Of a stretch of DNA of 64,000 bases, positions 8,140 through 16,673 are shown piece by piece (position 1 is the stretch's first letter; every line of letters begins with the position of its first letter). The stretch comes from an uncultured Actinomycetes bacterium. GTDB lineage: Bacteria; Actinomycetota; Acidimicrobiia; Acidimicrobiales; RAAP-2. A model generated the notes under the pieces. That model did no database searches, had not been told where the DNA came from, and saw only the letters and a program-made list of their open reading frames with translations. The position numbers were made by a program, and so were the translations under genes. The stretch spans positions 9,596 through 73,595 of the forward strand of contig CAIKUQ010000070.1 in NCBI GenBank assembly GCA_903830655.1, read 5' to 3'.

Positions 8140-8562
8140 CTAAGGAATTAGTAGGTGTTCCCCAGCGATGACGACGGACGATCCAACCTGCTTTTTGAGA
8201 GCCGCGTAAGCGATTGACGGGTGCTCGGGGTTTACGAGGCGGGCAATCGTGCTCAACGTCTCTCCCCCCTGCACCACGTAAGTTTGGCCGGCGTTAAGCG
8301 CCGACGAGTGTGACAACACGCCAGAGTTCGACGTGCTCGACTGGGGCTGCGAAGCGAGGAGAATGGCCAAAATCGCAGCCAAAATCAGCCCCACGACAAC
8401 CCGTCGCCGACGCTGCAGAACCCTCGAACGCTTGGCCCTGCGCTCGGCCAATGGTGAGCTGACTCGGTAGTGGGCCGTGCTGTAACTGATAGGCACCAAG
8501 CGCAGGTGGTCCCGCCGACGGGGCATCTCCGGGACGGTAGTCAAAGCTTCCAAGGCAACCAT
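8140..8562 (-). CDS. membrane-anchored LysM protein (ChiZ/YneA-like SOS division inhibitor candidate)
   Basis: Basic N-terminus, one TM helix (VVVGLILAAILAILLA), C-terminal LysM (YVVQGGETLSTIA...G..L.IP). It sits upstream of nrdR behind SOS boxes. Confidence 0.85.
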   Translation of the reverse strand: MVALEALTTVPEMPRRRDHLRLVPISYSTAHYRVSSPLAERRAKRSRVLQRRRRVVVGLILAAILAILLASQPQSSTSNSGVLSHSSALNAGQTYVVQGGETLSTIARLVNPEHPSIAYAALKKQVGSSVVIAGEHLLIP

Positions 8563-8582
8563 AGGTTTCTCCTAACTAGGGG

Positions 8583-8627
8583 CGAACACTTGTTCGTTAT
8601 CTTATCGAACAGGTGTTCGTATTGCAA
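8583..8627 (-). promoter_or_regulatory. SigA-type promoter with two LexA (SOS) boxes
   Basis: On the minus strand, TTGCAA (8627-8622), 17 nt, then TAAGAT (8604-8599). Boxes are CGAAC-ACTT-GTTCG (8583-8596) and CGAAC-AGGT-GTTCG (8606-8619); the second fills the spacer. Confidence 0.88.
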
Positions 8628-8652
8628 GGGAAATTTCGGATCGGGTAAATCC

Positions 8653-9993
8653 CTATTTTTTGGACAAAATTGCCCCTACCCGGCCAAATTGCCTATAGGC
8701 GGCAGAAGTCGGCGGGCTAGTTCGCAGGGCTCGGTGGACCTCGGCGAGGCCCCGAACCATCCGAATGGCATTGGCGCGTACCAAATGGGCCACCTCTTCA
8801 TTCAACGTCGCATCTGGGTGGTCGTTGCTATCGGTGACCTGTCCATCGCAGACCCAGACAATTGGCTCGCCGCGGCGGCGCGAGGAAATCGCGAAGCGAA
8901 GAACCGGGCCATCGACACCATTGCCAATGTTGCCCGAGGGTGGATCTATCGCTACTCGCCCACCCTCGGCCAAGACCCACGCGTTGGGTGTTTGGCCCCG
9001 ATCACCAGGTTTGTGGGAATAGCCAATTACTAGAGCTCCTGGCGCTGCCTGGATGAGACGCTTTAGTTCTAGCGAATCTATATCCATCGAACCAGACTGA
9101 TCAATCACAACGATGCCACCTCCCGTTCGAGTCTTGGCGGCGAAGGTGCGGCGTTGGGTGTCGGTGACCCATCGTGAGGGATACCTCATTGTCGCACCCG
9201 TCTGACTTGCACGGTAATTTTTTACGGGGCGCTGCTCTCGAATCTTCTTTGATGCCAGAGGCGTCGACCATAGAATTTCCGCAAACCGCCCACTCGGCGC
9301 TCTCTTGGCCCCTGGATGCAGCGATCGCTCAAACAACCGAGCTTCATGAGAATTGCTTGGAGCTCGGCTCTGTAAGACTCGCGTCAGGAGCCGGGCAATG
9401 GGCATGACGGTGAGTTCGTAGCCTCGCGGCAGCGAGTGTTCGCCAATCGCCGTATCACTTATGGTGTGCGTTTCGATTGGGTCGATTAATGCGTAGATCT
9501 GCTTGCGCAGAGCCCGCAATGGCGCTCCCCACTCTTTGCGCCCCATGCGAATACCACTAAAGAAGTCCTTCTCAGCCCCGGTTCCTAAGACCGCCAGCAT
9601 GAAGCACACCGCCTCGTTCCAATCGTGAGACTCGGCCGCCAGCTTCGTTCCGGCCTTTTCAGTACCGTCTCTCAGCAGTGCCGTATCAAAGCCAATCCTT
9701 CCGAGGATGTAATTAACTCGAAACTCATCGGCCACATTCAGAGCCTGCAAATCAACTTCCTCTAGCGCCGGTGGGTGCTCTTCGAAATATGGTGACACTC
9801 GAGCGTGCATCAATTCATGCGCTCTCACTACCCGCGCAGTAGGCGAATCCTCGAGGGGAATTTCAATAATGCGGTCCCGCAGATTACAACTCGCTTGCCC
9901 CCGGCGCGTTGAGCCACCCTCGACCAACCATCGCCCTTGTTCGAGGCCGTCTCGGCGCCCAGTCACGAGTTCCGGAAAGACGTTGGACCGCAC
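8653..9993 (-). CDS. HExxH metallopeptidase-like domain fused to a C-terminal VWA (CobT-like) domain
   Basis: RAHELMH followed by ALNVADEFRVN (candidate third Glu ligand). MIDAS-type VVIDQSGSM, GNGVDGPVL and VCDGQVTD. Confidence 0.78.
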   Translation of the reverse strand: MRSNVFPELVTGRRDGLEQGRWLVEGGSTRRGQASCNLRDRIIEIPLEDSPTARVVRAHELMHARVSPYFEEHPPALEEVDLQALNVADEFRVNYILGRIGFDTALLRDGTEKAGTKLAAESHDWNEAVCFMLAVLGTGAEKDFFSGIRMGRKEWGAPLRALRKQIYALIDPIETHTISDTAIGEHSLPRGYELTVMPIARLLTRVLQSRAPSNSHEARLFERSLHPGAKRAPSGRFAEILWSTPLASKKIREQRPVKNYRASQTGATMRYPSRWVTDTQRRTFAAKTRTGGGIVVIDQSGSMDIDSLELKRLIQAAPGALVIGYSHKPGDRGQTPNAWVLAEGGRVAIDPPSGNIGNGVDGPVLRFAISSRRRGEPIVWVCDGQVTDSNDHPDATLNEEVAHLVRANAIRMVRGLAEVHRALRTSPPTSAAYRQFGRVGAILSKK

Positions 9994-10715
9994 TATCCGA
10001 CCGCACTTATCGCTAGAGCATCAAGGATGCCCTCCGCGCTCGTCGCACCGAACACCAACTCCGCAGCGCGCGGTGCGCCCAACGTTGCGCGCAGTTGATC
10101 GAAGGCGTAGAACGAGCGGAGCGAGATCCTTCGTTCCTCCGGGCCGAGACTGCCGGCCAGCGCACTGGCATGCAGATCAGGACTTAACCGACGCAGCGCC
10201 TTGGGATGGGGGCGATCGATGAATATGGCGACGGGAAACCGGTCACGCAGTGCCGCGGGAATGTCATCGTGGTGCTCCACATTTGAGGTCATCACGACTG
10301 AGAACTCGGGTCCGGGTCTCACCCAGTCGAGAGTGTCGGGGTGACGCCAGCGAGCCGATTCAATCGAATCGGTGACCGCGAGCAAGGTCGAGAGCGCATC
10401 GCCAGAAGCTCTATCCACCTCGTCGACAACCAGGCGCGAGCCGCGTCCATCCAATCCTCTCCAGGCCCTAATGGCGGGACCCTCTCGCCACTCAAACCGG
10501 TTCTGACTAGTGGGCAGCCAGGTTCCCATGATCTCACCCGAGGTCAAATCCTCGGTACAGACCAGACGCTCAGCGGGGACAGCACCCACCCCCGAATACA
10601 GAGCCGCAAAGGTCTTGCCGGTGCCCGGTGGGCCATACAGCAACACGCGCGCGAGGCCGTTCGCCATGACATCGTGCAGATCACGCCAGCATTGTCCAAG
10701 TTCCAGCTCTTCCAT
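9993..10715 (-). CDS. MoxR/CobS-like AAA+ ATPase (AAA_5), compact 240 aa
   Basis: Walker A GPPGTGKT, Walker B LVVDEVDR, sensor-1 MTSN, Arg finger ALRDRF, sensor-2-like ISLR. Its stop overlaps the start of the VWA gene. Confidence 0.9.
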   Translation of the reverse strand: MEELELGQCWRDLHDVMANGLARVLLYGPPGTGKTFAALYSGVGAVPAERLVCTEDLTSGEIMGTWLPTSQNRFEWREGPAIRAWRGLDGRGSRLVVDEVDRASGDALSTLLAVTDSIESARWRHPDTLDWVRPGPEFSVVMTSNVEHHDDIPAALRDRFPVAIFIDRPHPKALRRLSPDLHASALAGSLGPEERRISLRSFYAFDQLRATLGAPRAAELVFGATSAEGILDALAISAVG

Positions 10716-10763
10716 TGGGTCCTTTCACTCAGGCCCCAACGGTCGCGCTAGATGGTGCTGTGC

Positions 10764-11468
10764 CTAAGCGGATTCTCCCAAGTACACCGCCCGTACCCGT
10801 GGGTCGACCAAGAGATTTTTCGCGCTATCGCTGAAGACAATCTTCCCGTTCTCCATGACGTAGCCGCGGTCGGCTATTTGCAACGCTTGAGTTGCGTTCT
10901 GCTCAACCACAAAGACCGTCGTGCCCGCTTCGCGAATTTGACCGATGATCTCAAAAATCTGCTCGATAATCATTGGGGCGAGGCCCATGGAGGGTTCGTC
11001 GAGGAGAAGCAGACGGGGCTTGCCCATCAAGGCACGAGAGATCGCGAGCATTTGCTGCTCACCGCCCGAAAGATTTGCGCCGAGCTGCTTGCGTCGCTCC
11101 TTCAAGATCGGAAACTTCGCGTACTGCTCTTCAATTTCATCGTGAAAAGAACCCGAGCGAGCAAAAGCGCCCATCTCTAAATTCTCCTCGACCGTCATCT
11201 GGGGAAAAATTCTCCGCCCCTCTGGAACGAGACCAATCCCCCGGCTCACCATGTCATGAGCCTTCTCATTGGTGATGTCTACCCCTTCAAAGGTGACCGA
11301 ACCGCTCCACGCCGAATGGAGCCCCGACAGCATGCGCAGAGTCGTTGACTTCCCAGCGCCATTTGCACCGAGAAGGGCCACTACTTCACCTTGGTTCACT
11401 TCAAAGGAAATGGCGTGCAGTGCCTCAATTGCGCCGTATCGAACAATCGCGTTTTCAACCTTCAGCAT
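10764..11468 (-). CDS. livF: branched-chain amino acid ABC transporter ATP-binding protein
   Basis: GANGAGKST, VPEGRRIF, LSGGEQQML, LLLDEPSMGLAP. Confidence 0.93.
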   Translation of the reverse strand: MLKVENAIVRYGAIEALHAISFEVNQGEVVALLGANGAGKSTTLRMLSGLHSAWSGSVTFEGVDITNEKAHDMVSRGIGLVPEGRRIFPQMTVEENLEMGAFARSGSFHDEIEEQYAKFPILKERRKQLGANLSGGEQQMLAISRALMGKPRLLLLDEPSMGLAPMIIEQIFEIIGQIREAGTTVFVVEQNATQALQIADRGYVMENGKIVFSDSAKNLLVDPRVRAVYLGESA

Positions 11469-12274
11469 TAGTTCTTGCCTTTCGTCGCTGACGAACCTAG
11501 GTATGCTTCGACCACGGCGGGATTAGCTCGAATTTCATCGGGAGTTCCCTCGGCGATTACCGCGCCAAAATTTAGTACATAGAGGCGTTCTGCCAAAGAC
11601 ATGACTAATTTCATGTCGTGTTCAATCAGTAGGATCGACACGCCCATGTCATCACGAACCTTTCGTATGAGCTCAGTGAGTTCGACCTTCTCAGAAGGAT
11701 TAGTCCCGGCCGCCGGCTCATCGAGTAATAGAACCGTAGGGTTTGTCGCTAGGCCACGCGCAATTTCGAGTCTGCGCCTATCGCCATAACTCAGCGAGGC
11801 CGATACCGTATTGGCTTGCTTGGTCAATCCAACAAATTCCAACAACTCGTAGGTGCGAGCGTCAGACGCGCGCTCACCACGTCGGGTTCGTGGCCCTTTG
11901 AACATAGCGCCGACGAAACCTAAACCAGAATGATCCTCGGCACCGATTTTGACATTCTCAAAGGCCGTCAGTGCTCCAAACATCCGAGAAGCCTGGAAGG
12001 TTCGAGCAACACCAGCCTTTGCCACTCGGTGCGCCTTTTGGCCAATCACCGAAAGAGCTGGTTGATCAATACGATGCAACAGAATCGTACCTTCTTGGGG
12101 CTGGTAAACACCGGTCAGTGAATTAAATAGGGATGTCTTGCCCGCTCCATTGGGCCCAATGACCGCAAGAATCTCGCCTCGTCTCTGATTCATCGATACC
12201 TTGTTGAGCGAAACCACCCCTCCAAATCGAAGGGTGACGTCTTCAACGCTCAAGAGTAATTCGTTGCTACTCAT
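11468..12274 (-). CDS. livG: branched-chain amino acid ABC transporter ATP-binding protein
   Basis: GPNGAGKT, LSYGDRRRLEIAR, LLLDEPAAG, IEHDM. Confidence 0.93.
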   Translation of the reverse strand: MSSNELLLSVEDVTLRFGGVVSLNKVSMNQRRGEILAVIGPNGAGKTSLFNSLTGVYQPQEGTILLHRIDQPALSVIGQKAHRVAKAGVARTFQASRMFGALTAFENVKIGAEDHSGLGFVGAMFKGPRTRRGERASDARTYELLEFVGLTKQANTVSASLSYGDRRRLEIARGLATNPTVLLLDEPAAGTNPSEKVELTELIRKVRDDMGVSILLIEHDMKLVMSLAERLYVLNFGAVIAEGTPDEIRANPAVVEAYLGSSATKGKN

Positions 12275-13581
12275 TGCGCCTCCTCGCGAAGTTGAACAAT
12301 CTCACGCTTTCTGCGCGTAGCAGGCAATAGACCCGCGGGACGGAAAATCATCATGCCTACCAACATTGCACCGATATACATATACAGGTCGGCGGGCTGG
12401 TAACCGGATGGCGGCGAGTGAAGTAGGTACATCGTGATGGTTTGAACAACAATTGCGCCAAACACTACGCCCCGAATCGATCCCAGCCCTCCGAAAATTA
12501 CCAGAACAAGGATGTTGATCGAAAAGAACAGGGAAAAGGTTGTGGGAAAAACGAAGTTCTGTTGGCTTGCGGTCATCACTCCAGAAAAACCAGCCGAAGC
12601 AGCTCCAATGGCGAATGCCATGACCTTGTATTTCAATGGATTAATACCGAGTGATTCCGCAGCGACCTCGTCTTCGCGAATGGCAGTCCAAGTTCTTCCA
12701 ACGCGAGAGTGCTCGAGAAAACTAAATCCCACTAAAAACAAAATCAGGAAGCCCAGAATCAAGTAGTAGTAAGGAATTGGACCATTTCCCCAGACATACT
12801 TCAGTGGCCCCAAACTCAGGTGGAAGTGAGGAATAATTCGACTCCCCTGCGGCCCCCCGGTAATGCCATTCAGGTTGTTTGCAAAGAGAGTAATAATTTC
12901 ACCAAAGCCCAAGGTAACAATGGCCAAATAATCACCCCTGAGACGAAGGGTTGGCGTACCAAGAATAATTCCAGCGGCCATCGCAATGAGAATCGCAATT
13001 GGAATGGCCCAGAAGTTATTCAAGGCGTGTCCAAATAATGGCGGCAACGGCAACGAGCCGACAACCCAAGCGGTTGCGTAGGCGCCGATTGCATAGAACG
13101 CCACAAAACCAAGATCCAAAAGTCCGGCAAAGCCCACGACCACATTCAAGCCAAGCGCTAATAAGACGTAGACAGCAATTTGCTGAACCATAGCCACTTG
13201 CCAGAACGGGTCAGTCACGAGGTGCGGCAAGAGGAGGGCTAGAAGTAGTAAGGCTCCGTAGGTTCCGAGGCGAACTGGTCGTTTGGACTTGAGCTCGCGT
13301 GGTGTCGCCATAACTTTCGCGTAGCGAACCTTCACTTGCCGCCCATAGGCCTGCCAGCCTTGCTGGACAACGAATGCAATAAGCGCGAAAAGTAAGAATA
13401 CAACCCAGCGCCGGGTAATGAATAGTCCAAGGAAGGGGGCGGAGTTAAACAGTGAGCCCGAAAATCCAGCGACAGGATCAGTGTTGGACCCGGAAGGCCC
13501 CGTCATGAAACAAATAATTACCATCAGCGTCGCCGTGATGCCGAACGACTTCAACCACTTGTTCGTTAAAAGCGACTTCAT
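12271..13581 (-). CDS. livM: branched-chain amino acid ABC transporter permease
   Basis: GLNVVVGFAGLLDLG..AFYAIGAY, LRLRGDYLAIVTLGFGEI, AIREDE.AA. Confidence 0.93.
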   Translation of the reverse strand: MKSLLTNKWLKSFGITATLMVIICFMTGPSGSNTDPVAGFSGSLFNSAPFLGLFITRRWVVFLLFALIAFVVQQGWQAYGRQVKVRYAKVMATPRELKSKRPVRLGTYGALLLLALLLPHLVTDPFWQVAMVQQIAVYVLLALGLNVVVGFAGLLDLGFVAFYAIGAYATAWVVGSLPLPPLFGHALNNFWAIPIAILIAMAAGIILGTPTLRLRGDYLAIVTLGFGEIITLFANNLNGITGGPQGSRIIPHFHLSLGPLKYVWGNGPIPYYYLILGFLILFLVGFSFLEHSRVGRTWTAIREDEVAAESLGINPLKYKVMAFAIGAASAGFSGVMTASQQNFVFPTTFSLFFSINILVLVIFGGLGSIRGVVFGAIVVQTITMYLLHSPPSGYQPADLYMYIGAMLVGMMIFRPAGLLPATRRKREIVQLREEAQ

Positions 13582-14543
13582 CAGGCACTCCTCCCGAGAC
13601 GCTCTCCCATGATTCCTGTGGGGCGGACCAGGAGAACTAGAACGAGAATTCCAAATGCCGTGACATCAATGTACGACGGCGCCAAAAATGCAACCGAAAA
13701 TGACTCCATAGTTCCAAGAATTAATCCTCCCAGTACTGCCCCTCGCAGATTACCGATACCGCCCAGTACCGCCGCGGTGAATGCCTTTAGAGCCGGAGTA
13801 AACCCCATCGTATAAACCACGCCGACATTCATTCCATATAAGAATCCGGCAGCACCGCCGAGCGCGCCACCAATCATGAAGGTCAGCGCGATAGTGCGGT
13901 CGATATTGACACCCATGAGAGAGGCGGTCTCAGCGTCTTGTGCGACAGCACGAATAGATCGACCCAGCTTCGTGAGTGTTACGAGGCGGTCCAAACCGAA
14001 GAGCATTAAGGCGCCAGCAATAAAAATAATGATGTCATACATCTGCACCCCAGCGCCGAAAATAGTGAACAATGGGTGGTTGGTGTAGGGCTGAGCCATG
14101 GAGACGGAATAGCGACCAAATTCTTTTCCCGCGAAGTTGAAAAGGAAATAGGAGGCACCGATGGCGGAAATTAGGTACGCGAGTTTAGGGGAATTTCTTT
14201 TTCGAAGTGGCCGGTAGGCAACACGCTCAATAGCCATCGCGATGAGAGAGCCGGTGAGCCCTCCGACGAGAATCCCGATCAAAATATACAAAACTGAAGA
14301 TATGCCGTTGGGCGACGAAGTGCCCACGAGGTGTTGCATAACGAAAAAACTGGCAAAGCCACCCGCCATGAAAACTTCTGAGTGCGCAAAGTTGATTAAT
14401 CGAAGCACGCCGTACACCAACGTGTAGCCGACCGCGACCATTCCGTACAAAAAACCGTTAGCAAGCCCACCTACGAGCAGTGGCCAGAATTCTTGACCCA
14501 GGGTCTGAAAATGGCTTGAGAAGTAGTGAATAAATCCACCCAC
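13581..14543 (-). CDS. livH: branched-chain amino acid ABC transporter permease
   Basis: GYTLVYGVLRLINFAH.EV, G...RAVAQD...A.LMG, KAFTAAVLGGIG. Confidence 0.93.
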   Translation of the reverse strand: MGGFIHYFSSHFQTLGQEFWPLLVGGLANGFLYGMVAVGYTLVYGVLRLINFAHSEVFMAGGFASFFVMQHLVGTSSPNGISSVLYILIGILVGGLTGSLIAMAIERVAYRPLRKRNSPKLAYLISAIGASYFLFNFAGKEFGRYSVSMAQPYTNHPLFTIFGAGVQMYDIIIFIAGALMLFGLDRLVTLTKLGRSIRAVAQDAETASLMGVNIDRTIALTFMIGGALGGAAGFLYGMNVGVVYTMGFTPALKAFTAAVLGGIGNLRGAVLGGLILGTMESFSVAFLAPSYIDVTAFGILVLVLLVRPTGIMGERLGRSA

Positions 14544-14576
14544 GCGCCCTCCTTAATTGATGTACTCACGCTAGCA

Positions 14577-14614
14577 AAAGAAGAAGCGCCGAGGCGGAGC
14601 CTCGGCGCTTCTTC
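14577..14614 (-). terminator. intrinsic terminator / mRNA-stabilising hairpin between the binding-protein gene and livH
   Basis: GAAGAAGCGCCGAGG-CTCCG-CCTCGGCGCTTCTTC followed by TTTT on the minus strand (perfect 15-bp stem). Confidence 0.8.
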
Positions 14615-14628
14615 ATGGTGTTGAAAGC

Positions 14629-15825
14629 TTATTCGAGACCGAGTTGCTTGATCACTCCGTTAACAACCTTGCTGACGTAAATCGCCGAGCCCGAGATGTT
14701 TCCGTTGTGCTGGAACTTGATGGTCTTCGTGATTCCCTTGAAGGAGAAGCCGGAAGACTTCAACTTGGCAACGATTCCACCACGACTAATAGTCGTTAGT
14801 TGGCTCATCGCCTTAATGATGACGTTCGCCGCGTCATACGCCTCTGCGGCGTACGTTGCGTTGGTTGCTGGGAATCCAGCCAGGTTGTCGTACGCAACGT
14901 TGAATGCAGCGTTGGTTGAGGTTGCGCAAGCACAAGAGATCAGCACGTTGTTCGCAGCTGAACGTGGAGTGGTTCCCGAGATCAACGAGTTGGACAATGC
15001 ACCGTCGTCAGACATAATTAGGCCGTGGTAACCGGCAGTCTTCAGCGCGCCGAGGAACAAGCCGAGGTCACAGTAGTAACCACCATAGAAAAGGCCGGTG
15101 GCGTGGCTGCCAACAACTGTAGTAGCTGCAGCGCTGTACTCAGAGGTCGAACCGGTTCCGGCCTGGCACTGAGTGGTTCCGGGAACCGAAGCGGTGGTAA
15201 CCGTTGCACCTAGTGCGATTGCGCTAGTCGAAACCTGAGAGGCAACACCCTGACCATACGAGCTGCCGTCATCAACGACATACAACTTCTTGATCTTCTT
15301 AGTGGTGACCAAGTACTTGGCGTCGGCTGGACCCTGAACGGAGTCATCAGCAACAACGCGGAAGAAAGTGTTGTTGTTCGGGTTCGCAGTCGAGTCAGTC
15401 AGCGAAGTGCGTGTGGCGGAAGCCGACACCATGGCAATGTTGGCTGGTCCGTAGTACGGCATAGACGCAGCGGTAGCTCCAGAGAACGATGGACCAACGA
15501 TAGCCACAAGGTTCGTGTTCGCTACTGCACCTTGAGCAACGCCCGGAGCGACCGACGGGTCACCTTGGTCGTCAAGAGTCTGGAACCGAAGCTTGAACTT
15601 GTACTTTCCTGAAGCGTTAGCCTGCTGAATTGCAAGCTGTACGCCGTATTCCATGTTCAAACCAAGCTGAGCATTACCACCCGAAAGCGGTCCTTGGTAA
15701 CCGATGGTGTAGGTGGGCTTTGCGGTGGCATTTGCAGCAGCGGTGATGCCTGCAACTGGCACGCTCACGAGCAGCAATGCACTCGTAGCCACAGCCACCA
15801 TGGTCTTGTTCAAACGAATCTTCAT
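14629..15825 (-). CDS. branched-chain amino acid ABC transporter substrate-binding protein (LivK/LivJ-like)
   Basis: IGYQGPLSG..A.LG, DDQGDP, AIVGPSFSG, FFRVV..D..QG. ATG 15825 has a GGGAGA RBS. Confidence 0.9.
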   Translation of the reverse strand: MKIRLNKTMVAVATSALLLVSVPVAGITAAANATAKPTYTIGYQGPLSGGNAQLGLNMEYGVQLAIQQANASGKYKFKLRFQTLDDQGDPSVAPGVAQGAVANTNLVAIVGPSFSGATAASMPYYGPANIAMVSASATRTSLTDSTANPNNNTFFRVVADDSVQGPADAKYLVTTKKIKKLYVVDDGSSYGQGVASQVSTSAIALGATVTTASVPGTTQCQAGTGSTSEYSAAATTVVGSHATGLFYGGYYCDLGLFLGALKTAGYHGLIMSDDGALSNSLISGTTPRSAANNVLISCACATSTNAAFNVAYDNLAGFPATNATYAAEAYDAANVIIKAMSQLTTISRGGIVAKLKSSGFSFKGITKTIKFQHNGNISGSAIYVSKVVNGVIKQLGLE

Positions 15826-15975
15826 CGTTCTCCCTAACTGTGAGTAATACGCCGATTTCAGGGTGGCTCCCGCCAGCACCAATCGAACTACGACCAATTT
15901 GGTCGTTGTAAAAAAGTAGCAGCGTGGCTCACTGGTTGCAACATTTTTCTCGAGTTACTGAGAATTGCCTGAAAG

Positions 15976-16031
15976 CGAACAAATGTTTGCTCTAGGGCCA
16001 CATCTACGCTAATATACGAACAACTGTTCGT
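15976..16031 (+). promoter_or_regulatory. lexA promoter with two LexA boxes (autoregulation)
   Basis: TTGCTC (15987-15992), 17 nt, then TAATAT (16010-16015). Boxes are CGAAC-AAAT-GTTTG (15976-15989, one mismatch) and CGAAC-AACT-GTTCG (16017-16030). Confidence 0.82.
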
Positions 16032-16042
16032 GAAAGGTCTCA

Positions 16043-16666
16043 ATGGCTGAAATTCTAACCCCCAAGCGTCGTCAAATCCTAGAGTTCATCGTCAACTGTC
16101 AGCGGGAGCGCAATTTTCCGCCCACCATCCGTGAGATTGGCGAGCACGTTGGTTTGGCCTCTCCCGCCACAGTCGCCAATCACATTGAGATTCTAAAAAA
16201 AGCTGGCTACATAGTTAGCAACCCTCAACAACCGCGAACTTTGACCGTCCGACTTGACCCAGAAACCACCTCGCACATTCAGTCCATTCGACAAATTCCA
16301 TTTGTGGGTGATGTAGCGGCCGGTGTCGGGGTTATCGCTGATGAAACCACTAATGAGATCATGTCAATTCCCGAGCAGTTTGCCGGACGTGGGGAGAGCT
16401 TCGTCTTGCAAGTACGTGGTGATTCAATGATCAACGCTGGCATCTTGCCGGGAGACTTTCTCGTCGTCCAGCGTCAAGCGTCGGCGAACACGGGAGAAAT
16501 CATTGTTGCTGGCATACCCGGGGATGAAGCGACTGTGAAGCGTTACTTCCCGCAGGGAACTCAGGTGGTCTTAAAGCCAGAAAATGACACTATGGAGCCT
16601 ATGGAGTTCGATGCCCGCGAGGTCACGGTCTTCGGCAAAGTCATCTCGGTTCTACGAAACTACTAA
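16043..16666 (+). CDS. lexA: SOS repressor LexA
   Basis: PPTIREIG..VGL.S..TV..H wHTH, cleavage site VAAG, catalytic GDSM and ATVK. Confidence 0.97.
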   Translation: MAEILTPKRRQILEFIVNCQRERNFPPTIREIGEHVGLASPATVANHIEILKKAGYIVSNPQQPRTLTVRLDPETTSHIQSIRQIPFVGDVAAGVGVIADETTNEIMSIPEQFAGRGESFVLQVRGDSMINAGILPGDFLVVQRQASANTGEIIVAGIPGDEATVKRYFPQGTQVVLKPENDTMEPMEFDAREVTVFGKVISVLRNY

Positions 16667-16673
16667 GAGCTAG

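Noticed and set aside
9993-10715. Calling the AAA+/VWA pair cobS/cobT
   Set aside because: Both are much shorter than true CobS/CobT, and no cobalamin genes are in the window.
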